DNA of 64,000 nucleotides from Octopus sinensis (lineage: Eukaryota), in NCBI RefSeq assembly GCF_006345805.1, contig NC_043009.1, positions 48,794,001 through 48,858,000 of the forward strand, in the 5' to 3' direction. The first letter of the stretch is position 1, and every line of letters starts with the position of its first letter. The notes below the pieces were generated by a model that was not told where the DNA came from, did not search any database, and saw only the letters and a program-made list of their open reading frames with translations. Of the stretch, positions 26,218 through 38,170 are shown in pieces. The position numbers and the translations under genes are program-made.

Positions 26218-26365
26218 GTGGAGGTGCAATGGCCCTGTGGTTAGAGCAGCGGTCTTGCGGTCGTAAGATCGCCGTTTCGATCCCCAAACTGGGCGTGGGT
26301 CCGGCAGGGGATGGTGGCAAACCCTGCTGTACCACAACTTTCTCTCACTCTATCTTCCTGTTTCT
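26218..26365 (+). mobile_element. OR-type tRNA(Arg)-like SINE, 5' part
   Basis: GTGGAGGTGCAATGGCCCTGTGGTTAGAGCAGCGGTCTTGCGGTCGTAAGATCGCCGTTTCGATCCCC; homologous to the 13022-13329 head. Confidence 0.75.
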
Positions 26366-26366
26366 G

Positions 26367-26955
26367 TTGTACCTGTTTTGCTCTCCTTTTGCTCTCCTTT
26401 TTTTCTCGCCTTTCTTGCTCTCATTTTTTTCTATCCTTTCTTGCTTTTCGGCTCTCCTTTTTTGCTCTCATTGTTTCTTTCCTTTCTTGCTCTTTTGCTC
26501 TCCTTTGCTCTCCATCTTTGCTCTCCTTTTTTGCTCTCCTTCCTTTTTGTCGCCATTTTGCTCTCCTTTTTTGCTCTCTTTTTTGCTCTCCTTATTTGCT
26601 CTCCTTTTTATGCTCTCGTTTTTGCTCTTTTTCTCTCCTTTTTCTCCCTTGCTCTCCATTTTTGCTCTCCCTTTTTGTTCTCCTTTTTTCTCCTTTCTTG
26701 CTCTCTTTTTTTACTCTACTATTTTGTCTCCTTCTTTGCTCTCCTTATTTTGGCTCTCCTTTTTTGTTCTCCAATTTTTGCTCTCCTTTTCCCTCCTTTC
26801 TTGCTCTCTTTTTCTGCTCTCCTTTTTCTGCTCTCCTCTTTGCTCTCATTTTTAGCTCCCTCTTTGCTCTCCTTTTCTTGCTCCCCTGTTTTTGCTCCCT
26901 CTTTACTCTGCTTTTTTGCTCTCCATTTTTTTTGCTCTCCTTCTTTGCTCTTCTT
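26367..26955. repeat. Second TTTTGCTCTCC-type minisatellite array
   Basis: Same motif and strand as 21455-22170. Confidence 0.9.
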
Positions 26956-27659
26956 ATCTGTGTGTGTTGTGTGTGTGTGTGTGTGTGCGTAAATGGATAT
27001 ATACACTCATGTACATGTTGGTATGTATACACACAAGCACGTACAAACACATGCACAAGTACTCCACATGCTTGTGTATCTTTCAAAGAAGAAATAGAAG
27101 AGTTGGAGGGAGAGAGAGAGAGGGAGGGAGAGAGAGAGAGAAAGACTGCGTATGTTTGTGTATATCTCTGTGTTTGCGTGTGTGTGTGTGTGTGTTTCGG
27201 TTTGAGTTTGTGTGTGTGTGTGTGATAACGATCTAAAATAGGAAGACATCCAGAAGTGTAGTTAGTGAATGAGAATGAGGAGGAACAAATGTGTGTATGG
27301 GTGTGTGTGCGTGTATATCTGACCGTGTTGAGGAGAGGAGATAGAAGAGAGGGAGAGAGAGAAAGAAAGAGCAGGAGAAATGAGAGAGAAACAGGGACGT
27401 ATTAGTGGCATGAGAAGATGAAATACTGTAAGAATAGAGAACATGTGTGAGCAATTCATAAAGGAAGGAGAGATGATTTGGGATAACGAGAGAGATAGAG
27501 TGACGCAGAGAGAATGAAAGAATGAGAGACTGACAGACAGACAGACAGGCAGACAGACAGAGGAAGAGAGAGAGAGAGAGAGAGAGATGAGTTTTGTAGG
27601 TGGATCAAGAAAACGGATTTTGTCTATGAGAGAATGAAAGACATTAGGAGAGTGAGAAA

Positions 27660-27854
27660 TATGGTGGAGGTGGTGGTGGTGATGGTGTTGTTGTTGGTGG
27701 TGGTGGTGGTTGTGGTGTGGTTGTGGTGGTGGTGGTGGTGGTGGTGGTGGTGGTGATGGTGGGTGGTGGTGGTGGTGGTGTTGGTGGTGTTGGTGGTGTT
27801 GGTGGTGGTGGTGGTGGTGGTGGTGTTGGTGGTGTTGGTGGTGGTGTTGGTTTG

Positions 27855-27885
<31 letters not shown>

Positions 27886-28050
27886 GGTGGTGGTGGTGTA
27901 GGTGGTGGTGGTGGTTAGTGGTGTTGGTGGTGGGGGTTGTGGTTGGTGGTTGTGGTGGGTGGTGGGTGGTGGTGGTGTGGTGGTGGAGGTGGTGGTGGTG
28001 GTGGTGGTGGTGGTGGTGGTGGTGGTGTAGGTGGTGGTGGTGGTGGTGTT
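27660..28050. repeat. (GGT)n/(GTT)n G-rich trinucleotide tract
   Basis: Directly visible. Confidence 0.95.
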
Positions 28051-28389
28051 GGGAGCTAATTAATAAACAATGTGTTTGTATGTTTGAGGGAATGTCTATT
28101 GTATTATGGAGAGGCATAAAACGAATGTGATTTCGTGTTTGATAGAGGGAGACAGCAGGAGAGAATGTGAAGGAATAAGTGAGAGAATATGAATGTTGAA
28201 GAGACTCGGAGCAAAGAGTACGGATGGTGGTGTATGAGAAGTAGAGACGTAAAGAGGGAGGGGGAGAGAGGGAGGGAATGATGTAGATGAGTGAGAAAGA
28301 GTTTGTATGTTAAAATAAACGAGAGGAAGGAGATGACAGGTTAACAAAGAGATAATGCGTATTTGTGTGGGGAGAGGACAGAGAAAGTT

Positions 28390-28528
28390 AGAGAGAGAGA
28401 GAGACAAAGAGACAGAGACAGAGAGTGAGAGAGATACAGACACAGAGAAAGAGAAAGAGAGAGAGAGAGAGAGGCAGAGAAATAGCGACTGAGATACAAA
28501 TAGAGACACACAGAGAGACATAGATAGG

Positions 28529-28566
<38 letters not shown>

Positions 28567-28643
28567 TAGAGAGACAGACAGACAGATAGAGAAAGAGAGA
28601 GAAGCAGTGAAATAGTGACTGAGACACACACAGAGACATAGAT

Positions 28644-28675
<32 letters not shown>

Positions 28676-28749
28676 GCAGAGGAAGAGAGAGAGAGAGGCA
28701 GAGAAATAGCGACTGAGATCCAAATAGAGACACACAGAGAGACATAGAT

Positions 28750-28780
<31 letters not shown>

Positions 28781-29315
28781 CAGACATACAGACAGATAGA
28801 GAAAGAGAGAGAGAAGCAGTGAAATAGTGACTGAGACACACACAGAGACATAGATAGGGAGAGAGACAGACAGAGAGAGAGAGAAAGAGAGAGAGAGGCA
28901 GAGAAAGAGAGAGAGAGAGGCAGAGAAATAGCGACTGAGACACACATAGAGACACACAGAGAGACATAGATAGGGATAGAGAGAGAGAGAGAGACAGACA
29001 GACAGATAGATAGAGAAAGAGAGAGGAAGCAGTGAAATAGTGACTGAGACACACACAGAGAGATAGATAGGGAGAGAGACAGACAGAGAGAGAGAGAGAA
29101 AGAGAGAGAGGCAGAGAAAGAGAGAGAGGCAGAGAAAGAGAGAGAGGCAGAGAAAGAGAGAGAGGCAGAGAAAGAGAGAGAGGCAGAGAAAGAGAGAGAG
29201 GCAGAGAAAGAGAGAGAGGCAGAGAAAGAGAGATAGATAGGCAGAGAAAGAGAGATAGATAGGCAGAGAAATAGCGACTGAGACACACATAGAGACACAC
29301 AGAGACATATATAGG

Positions 29316-29351
<36 letters not shown>

Positions 29352-29460
29352 TAGATAGAGAAAGAGAGAGAGAGGCAGAGAAATAGGGACTGAGAGAGAC
29401 ACACAGACAGATACAGAAAGAGACAGAGAGGGAGAGGGAGAGAGAGAAACAGACAGAATG
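28390..29460. repeat. GA-rich minisatellite with alternating A/B subunits (about 110 bp; higher-order period about 220 bp)
   Basis: AATAGCGACTGAGA at about 28481, 28705, 28927 and 29270 alternates with AATAGTGACTGAGA at about 28611, 28823 and 29036; a 14-bp GAGAGGCAGAGAAA run lies near 29105-29225. Confidence 0.85.
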
Positions 29461-30274
29461 GATATTGTATACGAAGGAGAGAAGCAGAATTTTTGTAAGG
29501 GAAAGATGCGAGGGATGTAGAGAGAAAAGGAATGATGGTTTTTGGGTGAGGAAGAAAGAGTATTGGTAGGTAAGGGAGGAAGTGGGGGGCGGGGTGGAGG
29601 AGAAAAGATATTGAATATGAATGAGCGGGAAAAAGAAAAGAGAGTAGATAGTAAATAAGAAACAAAGAGAGAGAGAGAGAGAGAAGGCAAATGCGTGTGG
29701 GTGAGAAGGGGTGTGGGAGGCGCGGGTGGTGGGAAGAGGATTCAAAGAGCTTACTGAATCGTAAAGCCAAAGAATGAAGAACTGAAGAAATTAATGAAGA
29801 ACAAAGGGAAGTAAATAATTAATTTATAAATAATGATTTTTACAAATTTCATTATTTGCCTCAAGGGCAACAAAGTCACAGATATTACAATACACTACTA
29901 CATATATAGTTTTTTTATTTTTCTTCTTTTTAAACAATACTCTTACAATACAGGGTGAAGAATCATTAGGTCGAATTATGAATGTATAAATATGTGCTTG
30001 TGTGTATGTGTGTGTATGTACGTGTGTGTCTGTGTGTTTGTATATGTGTGTATGTGTATGTACGTGCGTATGTATGTCTGTGCCTGTGAGTTTGTGTATG
30101 TGCGTATGTCTGTGCATGAGTATATGTATATGTGTGTCGGAGTCAGTATGTGCACGTGTGTGTGTGCATGTGTGTGTGCGTGTATGTGTGTGTGCATGTG
30201 TGTGTGTGTATGTGTGTGTGTATGTGTGTGTGTGTGTGTGTGTGTGTATGCATATACGTCTATATATCTTCACA

Positions 30275-30470
30275 TGAATACCTTGCTTTTATTTGGCTAG
30301 AAAATATGGGGCAAAAAATAAGGCTTACCCTTCAAGCCCTGTGGAAGCAACTATTTTCATGGATGCCCTTGGGCACTGGGAGAATGGCCAACACAAATGG
30401 AGGCATGACAAGGTCCTTTTAAAAATTGCCAAGTGGAAAACCAGGCAACACCACCGCCGCCGCCGCCGCC

Positions 30471-30501
<31 letters not shown>

Positions 30502-30745
30502 CTATCATCACCACCGCAACCATCACCGGAAAGGGTCAGATTTCTAAAGGAAGGTGGTAATGTTCCGAAGATGAAAGCCAAGGCAAAGAGATCCGTTTTG
30601 TATTTCGCATCCAGCTTGAGACTGGAGAAACTGAAGGGTCACTTGTCTTTCCAGAGGAGGTATCAGTAACATCACTCCGGCAACTTGCTCTTGCTCTTCA
30701 GGAGTACAAACACAGTCACCATGGCCGACATGGGGTGAACAGATT
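30275..30745 (+). mobile_element. Decayed HERO/NeSL-like RLE LINE fragment with an internal (CCG/CCA/CAA)n expansion
   Basis: ...GC/P.ALG...WRHDKVLLKIA, then VRFLKEG...FPEEVSVTSLR, matches the knuckle-WRHD.VL...FVKAG...FP..I..T.LRPD pattern of HERO-type elements. Confidence 0.6.
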
Positions 30746-30859
30746 TGATATTTGTCATTAGCTAAAGAAAAAATCTAATATAAGAACTTAGTTGATGAGG
30801 TCCTTGTCAGGGGATGGAACACGCTCTTATTCCCTTTTGAAATCGAGTATCATGTTTTA

Positions 30860-31385
30860 TCTGTTAGATAATAATCCTGGGGTCTTTTTGCTCGACTAAA
30901 GGTGGTGCTCCAGCATGGCCACAGTCAAATGATTGAAACAAGTAAAAGAGTAAAAGAGTAAAAAGAGTATATATAGGCGCAGGAGTGGCTATGTGGTAAG
31001 TAGCTTGTTTACCAACCACATGGTTCCGGGTTCAGTGCCACTGCGTGGCACCTTCGGCAAGTGTCTTCTACTATAGCCTCGGGCCGACCAATGCCTTGTG
31101 AGTGGATTTGGTAGACGGAAACTGAAAGAAGCCCGTCGTATATATGTATGTATATATATATGCGTGTGTGTGCTTGTGTGTCTGTGTTTATCCCCCTAGC
31201 ATTGCTTGACAACCGATGCTGGTGTGTTTATGTCTCCGTTACTTAGCGGTTCGGCAAAAGAGACCGATAGAATAAGTACTGGGCTTTACAAAAGAATAAG
31301 TCCCGGGATCGAGTTGCTCGATTAAAAGTGGTGCTCCAGCATGGCCGCAGTCAAATGACTGAAACAAGTAAAAGAGTAAAAGAGT
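30860..31385 (+). mobile_element. SINE family A: 3'-module fragment (30860-30965) followed by a full copy (30974-31385)
   Basis: The full copy starts ATAGGCGCAGGAGTGGCTATGTGGTAAGTAG; both end GACTGAAACAAGTAAAAGAG-type tails. Confidence 0.92.
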
Positions 31386-31685
31386 ATATATATATCGAAC
31401 AGAATTAAATACCATATTGATGATGGTGAACAGCAAGAAGTTCAAATTCTGATGTAGCATCATCCTGAAGATGAACGTGTGGAGGTAAAGGAAACGTTGT
31501 TATTGCATTTAGGAAGTTTACTAGAAGGAGTAATAGTAATGGAAGATATGAAAATCGCTTCATCTTCATTAAAATATGCGAGCGTAAGCGAATATGAATA
31601 TCGTATACGAATGAGTCAAGAAGGACATTGAATCACTGCTATAAATACGCATGCATATACATTCATTCATACATACGAAATACAT

Positions 31686-31718
<33 letters not shown>

Positions 31719-32499
31719 CACGCATACACACACTCACACACATAAATATATAAATAATATATACCTTATCAAAATATTACAGTTAGAAGCTATTAAACGG
31801 TACTGACAAAATATGTAAAATATTCGAGAAATTTTACATGTAATAAGATAGACACAAGCAACGGCATTTATACCCACACCCGTGTGTGTCTGAGTACGTA
31901 TGTGAGTGTATGTTTGTATGTATATGCAAATATATATGTATATATGCATGCTTAGATGCTTCTGTACCTTCATACATACATCCATGTATGTACGCATAGA
32001 TAGTCAGGGGATGTCCTTGTTTCTGAAAAGAAACCAGCTCTTTCTTCATGTCTGCAAAATTTGCAGAATAAAACCCCTGGAAAAAAAAATTTGTATATTT
32101 ATACAGTCTTTTATTCTTTTACAGTTTCAGCCATTTTACTGCGACCATGCTGGAGCACACTCTTGAAAACTACAATCGACCACGGTGAGAAACGTAACGG
32201 CGACTCAAGGATTACTCCTAAATTTGACCCGTCAAAGTCTGATCCTCATTCGAAGCCTTTAATCTACAGTCAAGAACCGGATAATCCTCGCAATTTCGGC
32301 TGATCAATCTTGAGATTGCTCCAATCTGGCCAACCCCAAGGAAAAACTAAGCTAAGAGCATTAGATTCCTTGGAAAAAAAGCTTCGAATGTATACGAAAC
32401 AAGGACGGAAAAACGGGCGATGTTGCACATATGCACACACACATATGTGTGTGTATACATGCACACTAATTTTTAAAACTCAAGCTCACTTTCTCTGTT

Positions 32500-33050
32500 A
32501 ACAGCTGTACTTGGAACGAACATGTGTAGCGTGTAATGTTCCCTTTGCGAGAAAATCGTCAACTCACCATCCACGAGTCGGCAGAGGATGTGCAGATTAG
32601 TTACCGGTCAGTTCAATCCATTATCACTGAAGTTTCGGGTATGAGACGCGTGTCTGCCGAGTTGCGCTAAAACTGCTTTCAGCCAAAAAGAAAAAGAAGA
32701 AAAAGTATCACTCGGGATTCAGTTGCACAAGATGTCCTTGATTGTGTCGAGGACGATGAAATTTTTTTGGAAACTTTGCGTAGGATTCTGCGCTGGTTTC
32801 GCCAAACTTTCGGCAAACTTTGATATATATTGTCTGCTCAACTTTCTTTGTTACAGTCAGTGTGGCGATCACACGCTACACGTGTTCTTTCCAAGTACTG
32901 CTGTAAACAGTAGATGTGTGCTAGAACGTTAGACGTTTGTGTGCATGCACAGCAGATATTGTGGTCAGCCTATGACAACCTGCTTTACTGTGCGTGCTTT
33001 AGCTTCGTTACATTGGCAACACTCCAGATTCTTATTGATCAGACCACGTA
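32500..33050. mobile_element. Rearranged Tc1/mariner transposon remnant
   Basis: The plus strand encodes ENRQLTIHESAEDVQISYRSVQSIITEVSGMRRVSAE...DSVAQDVLDCVEDDEIFLETL (HTH/linker). From 32779 the minus strand encodes the N-terminus VEQTIYIKVCRKFGETSAESY. A mariner-type TIR TACGTGGTCTGATCAATAAG lies at 33031-33050 next to TA. Confidence 0.85.
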
Positions 33051-33059
33051 TATATATAC

Positions 33060-33830
33060 TCTCTCTTTTACTTGTTTCAGTCATTTGACTGCGGCTATGC
33101 TGGAGCACCGCCTTTAGTCGACCAAATCGACCCCGGGACTTATTCTTTGTAAGCCCAGTACTTATTCTATCGGTCTCTTTTTGCCGAACCGCTAATGACG
33201 GGGACGAAGCACACCAGCATCGGTTGTCAAGCAATGCTAGGGGTACAAACAGACACACAAACAACACACACACATACATATATATATACATATATACGAC
33301 AGCTTCTTTCAGTTTCCGTCTACAAATTCACTCACAAGGCATTGATCGGCCCGGGGCTATAGCAGAAGACACTTGCCCAAGATGCCATGCAGTGGGACTG
33401 AACCCGGAACCATGTGGTTATGTATTCTTTTATTCTTTTACGAGCTTCAGTCATTTGACTGCAGCCATACTGCATCACCACCTTTAGTCGAGCAAGTCGA
33501 CCTCAGGACTTATTATTTGGAAGTCTTGTACTTACTCTATCGGTCTTTTTTTCCGAACCGCTAAGTTACGAGGATTTAAACAGACCAGAATCGGTTGACA
33601 AGCGATGTTGGGGGGGACAAATATAAACACACAAACATGTACACATACATACATACATATATATACATATGAATGTACATATACGACAGGATTCTTTCCG
33701 TTTCCGTCTATCAAATCATCTCACAAGGCTTTGGTCTGCCCGAGGCTATAGTAGAAGACACTTGCCCAAGGTGCCACGCAGTGGGACTGAACCAGGAACT
33801 ATGTGATTAGTAAGCAAGCTATTACCAAAC
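33060..33830 (-). mobile_element. Two tandem SINE family A copies (33060-33420 and 33425-33830)
   Basis: Each shows the 3' module, internal microsatellite, core and tRNA-like head in reverse orientation. Confidence 0.9.
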
Positions 33831-33868
33831 GGCGCAGCCATATAAGGATTTGATACACTCATACACAC

Positions 33869-33910
<42 letters not shown>

Positions 33911-34153
33911 CATTATGAATAATAATAAAGGGTAAAATTAATTAATCAATTAATAATTTTACTAAGTAATTCAGTATGTTATAAGAACCGTTATCGGTAA
34001 CCTTATACAAAAATTAGGCTACAGTAAAATTGCTTCACCACATACCGAAATTTAGAAATAGGTGTTAAATATATATATATATATATTATATTATATATAT
34101 ATATATATAATATATATATATATATAATATATATATATATATAATATATATAT

Positions 34154-34273
34154 TAATATAATTCGAGACAAAACCACTATTTTAAAACCAAACAAGGAAA
34201 GACTTAATACATATGTATTGATTAAGTCTTTCCTGTTTGGTTTTAAAATAGTGGTTTTGTCTCGAATTATATT
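34154..34273. repeat. Zero-loop fold-back palindrome (about 58-bp arms) inside (TA)n
   Basis: TAATTCGAGACAAAACCACTATTTTAAAACCAAAC...AATACAT|ATGTATT...GTTTGGTTTTAAAATAGTGGTTTTGTCTCGAATTA; centre 34212/34213, two small indels. Confidence 0.95.
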
Positions 34274-34409
34274 ATATAATATTTTACTATAAAATTGGAT
34301 TTAATGTATATATATATATGTATATATATATATGTATATATATACAAATATATATATACATATATGTATGTATATACATATATATACATATATGTATATA
34401 TATATATAC

Positions 34410-34700
34410 ATAGAATTTACAAAAAAAACACAAAAACGAAGACAGGTGTATAAACAACAAACATATTTATTAGATTAACACTTGGGAAGGCGAGAAAGTC
34501 TTTTACGTTTCGAGCCTACAGTCTTCAACAGAAAGGAATACGAGAAAATAAACACAGAGAGAATAAAAAAATCTTTAGTGCCTAGCGGTCAATCATGGCG
34601 ATGGCCGGACAGAGGTTGTCACAGAGAAAAGCTAGAAAGGAGGGGAGATAATAAAGTAATGGCGATCCCAAAACGAAGGTGTGTGTGCGATTGCAAGCAA
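34410..34700 (-). mobile_element. PLE-like pseudo-LTR remnant containing a minimal hammerhead motif (34500-34535)
   Basis: Minus strand CTTT-CTGTTGA-A-GACT-GTAG-GCTC-GAA-ACGT-A-AAAG has the same architecture as 25803 (A6U, one stem II mismatch); abuts (TA)n at 34310-34410. Confidence 0.6.
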
Positions 34701-35473
34701 AGGTGCCTCTCCTTTATTTGACAATTTATGCACCACATTGTTGAAATCCCAATGTAAGTGTATGTCAAAGCAAACTGTTACACTGTTGCACCATTGAATT
34801 AGAAATAATGCCCAACATTTATGCTCGAGTAACCCTACTGCTTCCAAGAGCACAACTGTATTCGTTTTTGCTTAGATAAAATGACAAAATTGTGGGTTTA
34901 AGTCCCTATGGAGGGGGTCTTTGTAACTTTGTAAGATGAAATTGTATAAATATTACTTCATTTGTGTCTAATATCTATGGTTAATATATACATATTTATC
35001 ATATGTGCTTTAGTTGCTTCATTCATGAGACTGCGGTCACGCTGGAGCATATTCTTGAAGGATTTGTTCTTTTAAGTGATTCACGTCAACGCTTATCTCT
35101 TTTAAAAGCCGTTACTTATTCTACCCCCCTCCTTTGCCGAAACAGTAATGTAAACAAGACCACACCCTTTGTCCAACGGTAGTGAGGGGCAAACACAAAC
35201 ACAAAGACGAAGACAATGATATAAATGGACACACTTATATAAGAGTGTGTGTGTGTTTGTGTGCATGTGTGTGTGTTGTACTGTGCGTGTGTGTGTGTGT
35301 GTGTGTTTGTTTGTGTGTGTGTGTGTGTGTGACTTCCTTCACAAGGCATCTGCTGGCCCGGAGCTACAGAAGACCACACCTGCCGAAGGTGCTATGTAGT
35401 GGGTGTGAACCAAAAACGACGTGTTTACAAAGCCAGTTTCTTAATCATATGTACGCATACACACACATAAATG

Positions 35474-35513
<40 letters not shown>

Positions 35514-36164
35514 CCGGAGTAAGCATATAAATATAGATGGATATGTATGTGTATGTATGTATATATATATACATATACGTAGATTTTAATATTGATATTA
35601 ACATACCTGTCGGCCCCTGTTTCTCCAACCCTCTCTACCCCATCCATACCTTCTTCATAATCACATTCCGAAATCACTCTGCCTGTCGAATATTAATTAC
35701 CTTTTGTAACATACCCAACTCTTCCGCCCCACGTCTCTGTTTCTCTCTTAACCCTTTTAATACATGCTAACAAACTCATGATTCCCAGACCTGCCAACCC
35801 TTTTACTCCGCAAAAGCCCCTCCTTTCCCCTATAAACAAATTAATTCGTTTTAAACACAACAAATTCCAATACTTGATATTATCATTGTTTCATATTCAC
35901 CCATCTTTAAAAACAAAACAAAACAAAGATTCAAGAATGTTCAATTACTAAACCACTGTCACCACCCACTCAAACACACACTCCCCATGCAACTGACAAA
36001 TTAAACTTATCTCGCTGCTGTGTGTGGGGCGCTGATGGTGCTGATGGTGTAGGGCGCAGAACTAACAGAATCGTTATAGGTTTGGTAATAAATGCCTTGC
36101 AGCAGTTCTTCCGGTTCTTTATGCGGTGGTTTCAAACCCAGTCTTTGTCAGCGTACTTTGTGAA

Positions 36165-36331
36165 GTGGTAAGTAGCTTGCTAACCAACCACATGGTTCCG
36201 GGTTAAGTCCCACTGCGTGTCATCTTGGGCAAGTGTCTTCTGCTATAGCCCCGGGCCAACCAATGCTTTGTGATTGGATTTAGTAGACGGAAACTGAAAG
36301 AAGCCTGTCGTATATATGTATATATATATAT

Positions 36332-36371
<40 letters not shown>

Positions 36372-36590
36372 TGTCTGTCTGTCTGTGTTTGTCCCCCTAG
36401 CATTGCTTGACAACCGATGCTGGTGTGTTTACGTCCCTGTCACTTAGCGGTTCGGCAAAAGAGAACGATAGAATAAGTACTGGGCTTACAAAGAATGAGT
36501 CTTGGGGTCCATTTGCTCGACTAAAGGCGGTGCTCCAGCATGGCCACAATCAAAGGACTGAAACAAGTAAAAAAAAAAAGAGTAAGAGTA
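36165..36590 (+). mobile_element. SINE family A, near full length
   Basis: GTGGTAAGTAGCTTGCTAACCAACCACATGGTTCCGGG...GACTGAAACAAGTAAA. Confidence 0.92.
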
Positions 36591-38117
36591 ACCAAGATCC
36601 CTGAAGAAAGGGCTTTAGTCTATGGAATTTGGAGGGATGAAAAGCAAAGTTGACCTTGACAGCATATGAACTCACAACATAATCCGGAGCAAATCCGCAA
36701 GTCATTTTTCCTACGCTTGAACCATTCTGCTAGCAACCCCACTTTAGAATTATTTTCAAAATTAAATTCCACAATACATGTGTGCATATCTTTTGTCCGT
36801 TACATGTTTCGTTTACTGGGGTGCGACAATGCTGGAGCACCACTATGAAGGGGTTATTTGAAAACATCGAATCCTATACTCATTGTTTTAAGCCCTGCAC
36901 TGATTCTAATGGTCCCTTTTTCTAAGCTGCTAGGAATAAGACAAAACCAGTTACCATGTGGTACAGGAGACGAACACAAACATGAACGCACCATAGGCAT
37001 ACATACATATACGTATATACCATGAGCTCCCACATGGCTTCTATCAACAAAATTCATGTTGATCATGGGCTATGATAAAGCCAACATGCCAAAGATGTAC
37101 GCAGTGTGGATGTTCGCGAAGCGACGTAGCCGCAAACATTCTTAATGACAAAGCCAGGCCTGCACCTATGTGTGTGTGTGTATGTGTCTGTTTGTTTGCT
37201 ATGTGCATGCAGGTGTAAGTGTGTGTGTGAGAGAGAGGGTGAGAGAGAGACAGACAGACAGAGCCTGTTAAAATTGCTGCGGCTGATAGTATTGAGGCTC
37301 AGCTTGGAAACCCAAGTAGGAGGCGTGTAAAACACTGACTTTGAAAATTACTGCAATTCATTCAGATGAAAGAAAAAATGTTCTGGCCTAGTATTGGGAC
37401 AATCTCTATCACCCTTCAGCTGTTGCATCTCGAACGTTTCGCAGTTTCATATCAGTTATTAGCGGGACAAAAAAATATGTCTTTGCCTACTTGATATCGA
37501 AGATGTTAAATAGCAAATATAAGTTTAGATTTTTTACCCCAGTGCCATTTGCTAATACACAAACGAATATTAAAAATAAAAAGTGTATTTGGATTTGGTC
37601 AGAATCGAACACTTGCAAATCTGCAATGAATTCTGATACGAAGACGATAGTGTGTGACGTGTGTCACTGTCGCAGTGACGTAATGTAGTTATCATTACAA
37701 TGAGAATCATCAAAGTGAGTGTGGGGGGTTCGACTTCTGACGGAAATCATATTTATATCTTCTCACGTATGAATACACTTTATCAAGTGCGATTCGCTGT
37801 TTCTATTATCAACACACAAACATTCATAAACACACATATTATATGCATACATACATTTACATACATATAAGCTCACACATGTACATGTATGTACATATAC
37901 ATATTCATACACACACACAAGCACACGCATTCACACACAACACACTCACACGTATATACAGAAACGTACTGAACTTACTATATACATACACATATGTATA
38001 TATAGACATATGCGTACACAAGTACATATATATGTTGATATAGTATATATAATATATATATATATACATATATATATATACATGTACGTATATATAAATA
38101 TATGTATGTATGTATAT

Positions 38118-38170
<53 letters not shown>

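Noticed and set aside
27660-28050. Potential G-quadruplex tract
   Set aside because: An ordinary (GGT)n microsatellite; nothing distinguishes it from background.
28096-29770. Longest ORFs (549, 460 and 449 aa, S/L/C-rich)
   Set aside because: Open in all three minus frames because GA/CT repeats lack stop codons; this is a minisatellite, not a gene.
31390-31615. Acidic protein-like frame and a CTGAAGA...GAAACGTT motif
   Set aside because: The frame has an internal stop and no known motif; the hammerhead-like motif lacks stems I and II.
37429-37466. Minus-strand hammerhead-like remnant (CTAATAA...CGAAACGTT, stem I CCCG/CGAG)
   Set aside because: Two core changes and a broken stem II; kept only as weak support for the family-level finding.
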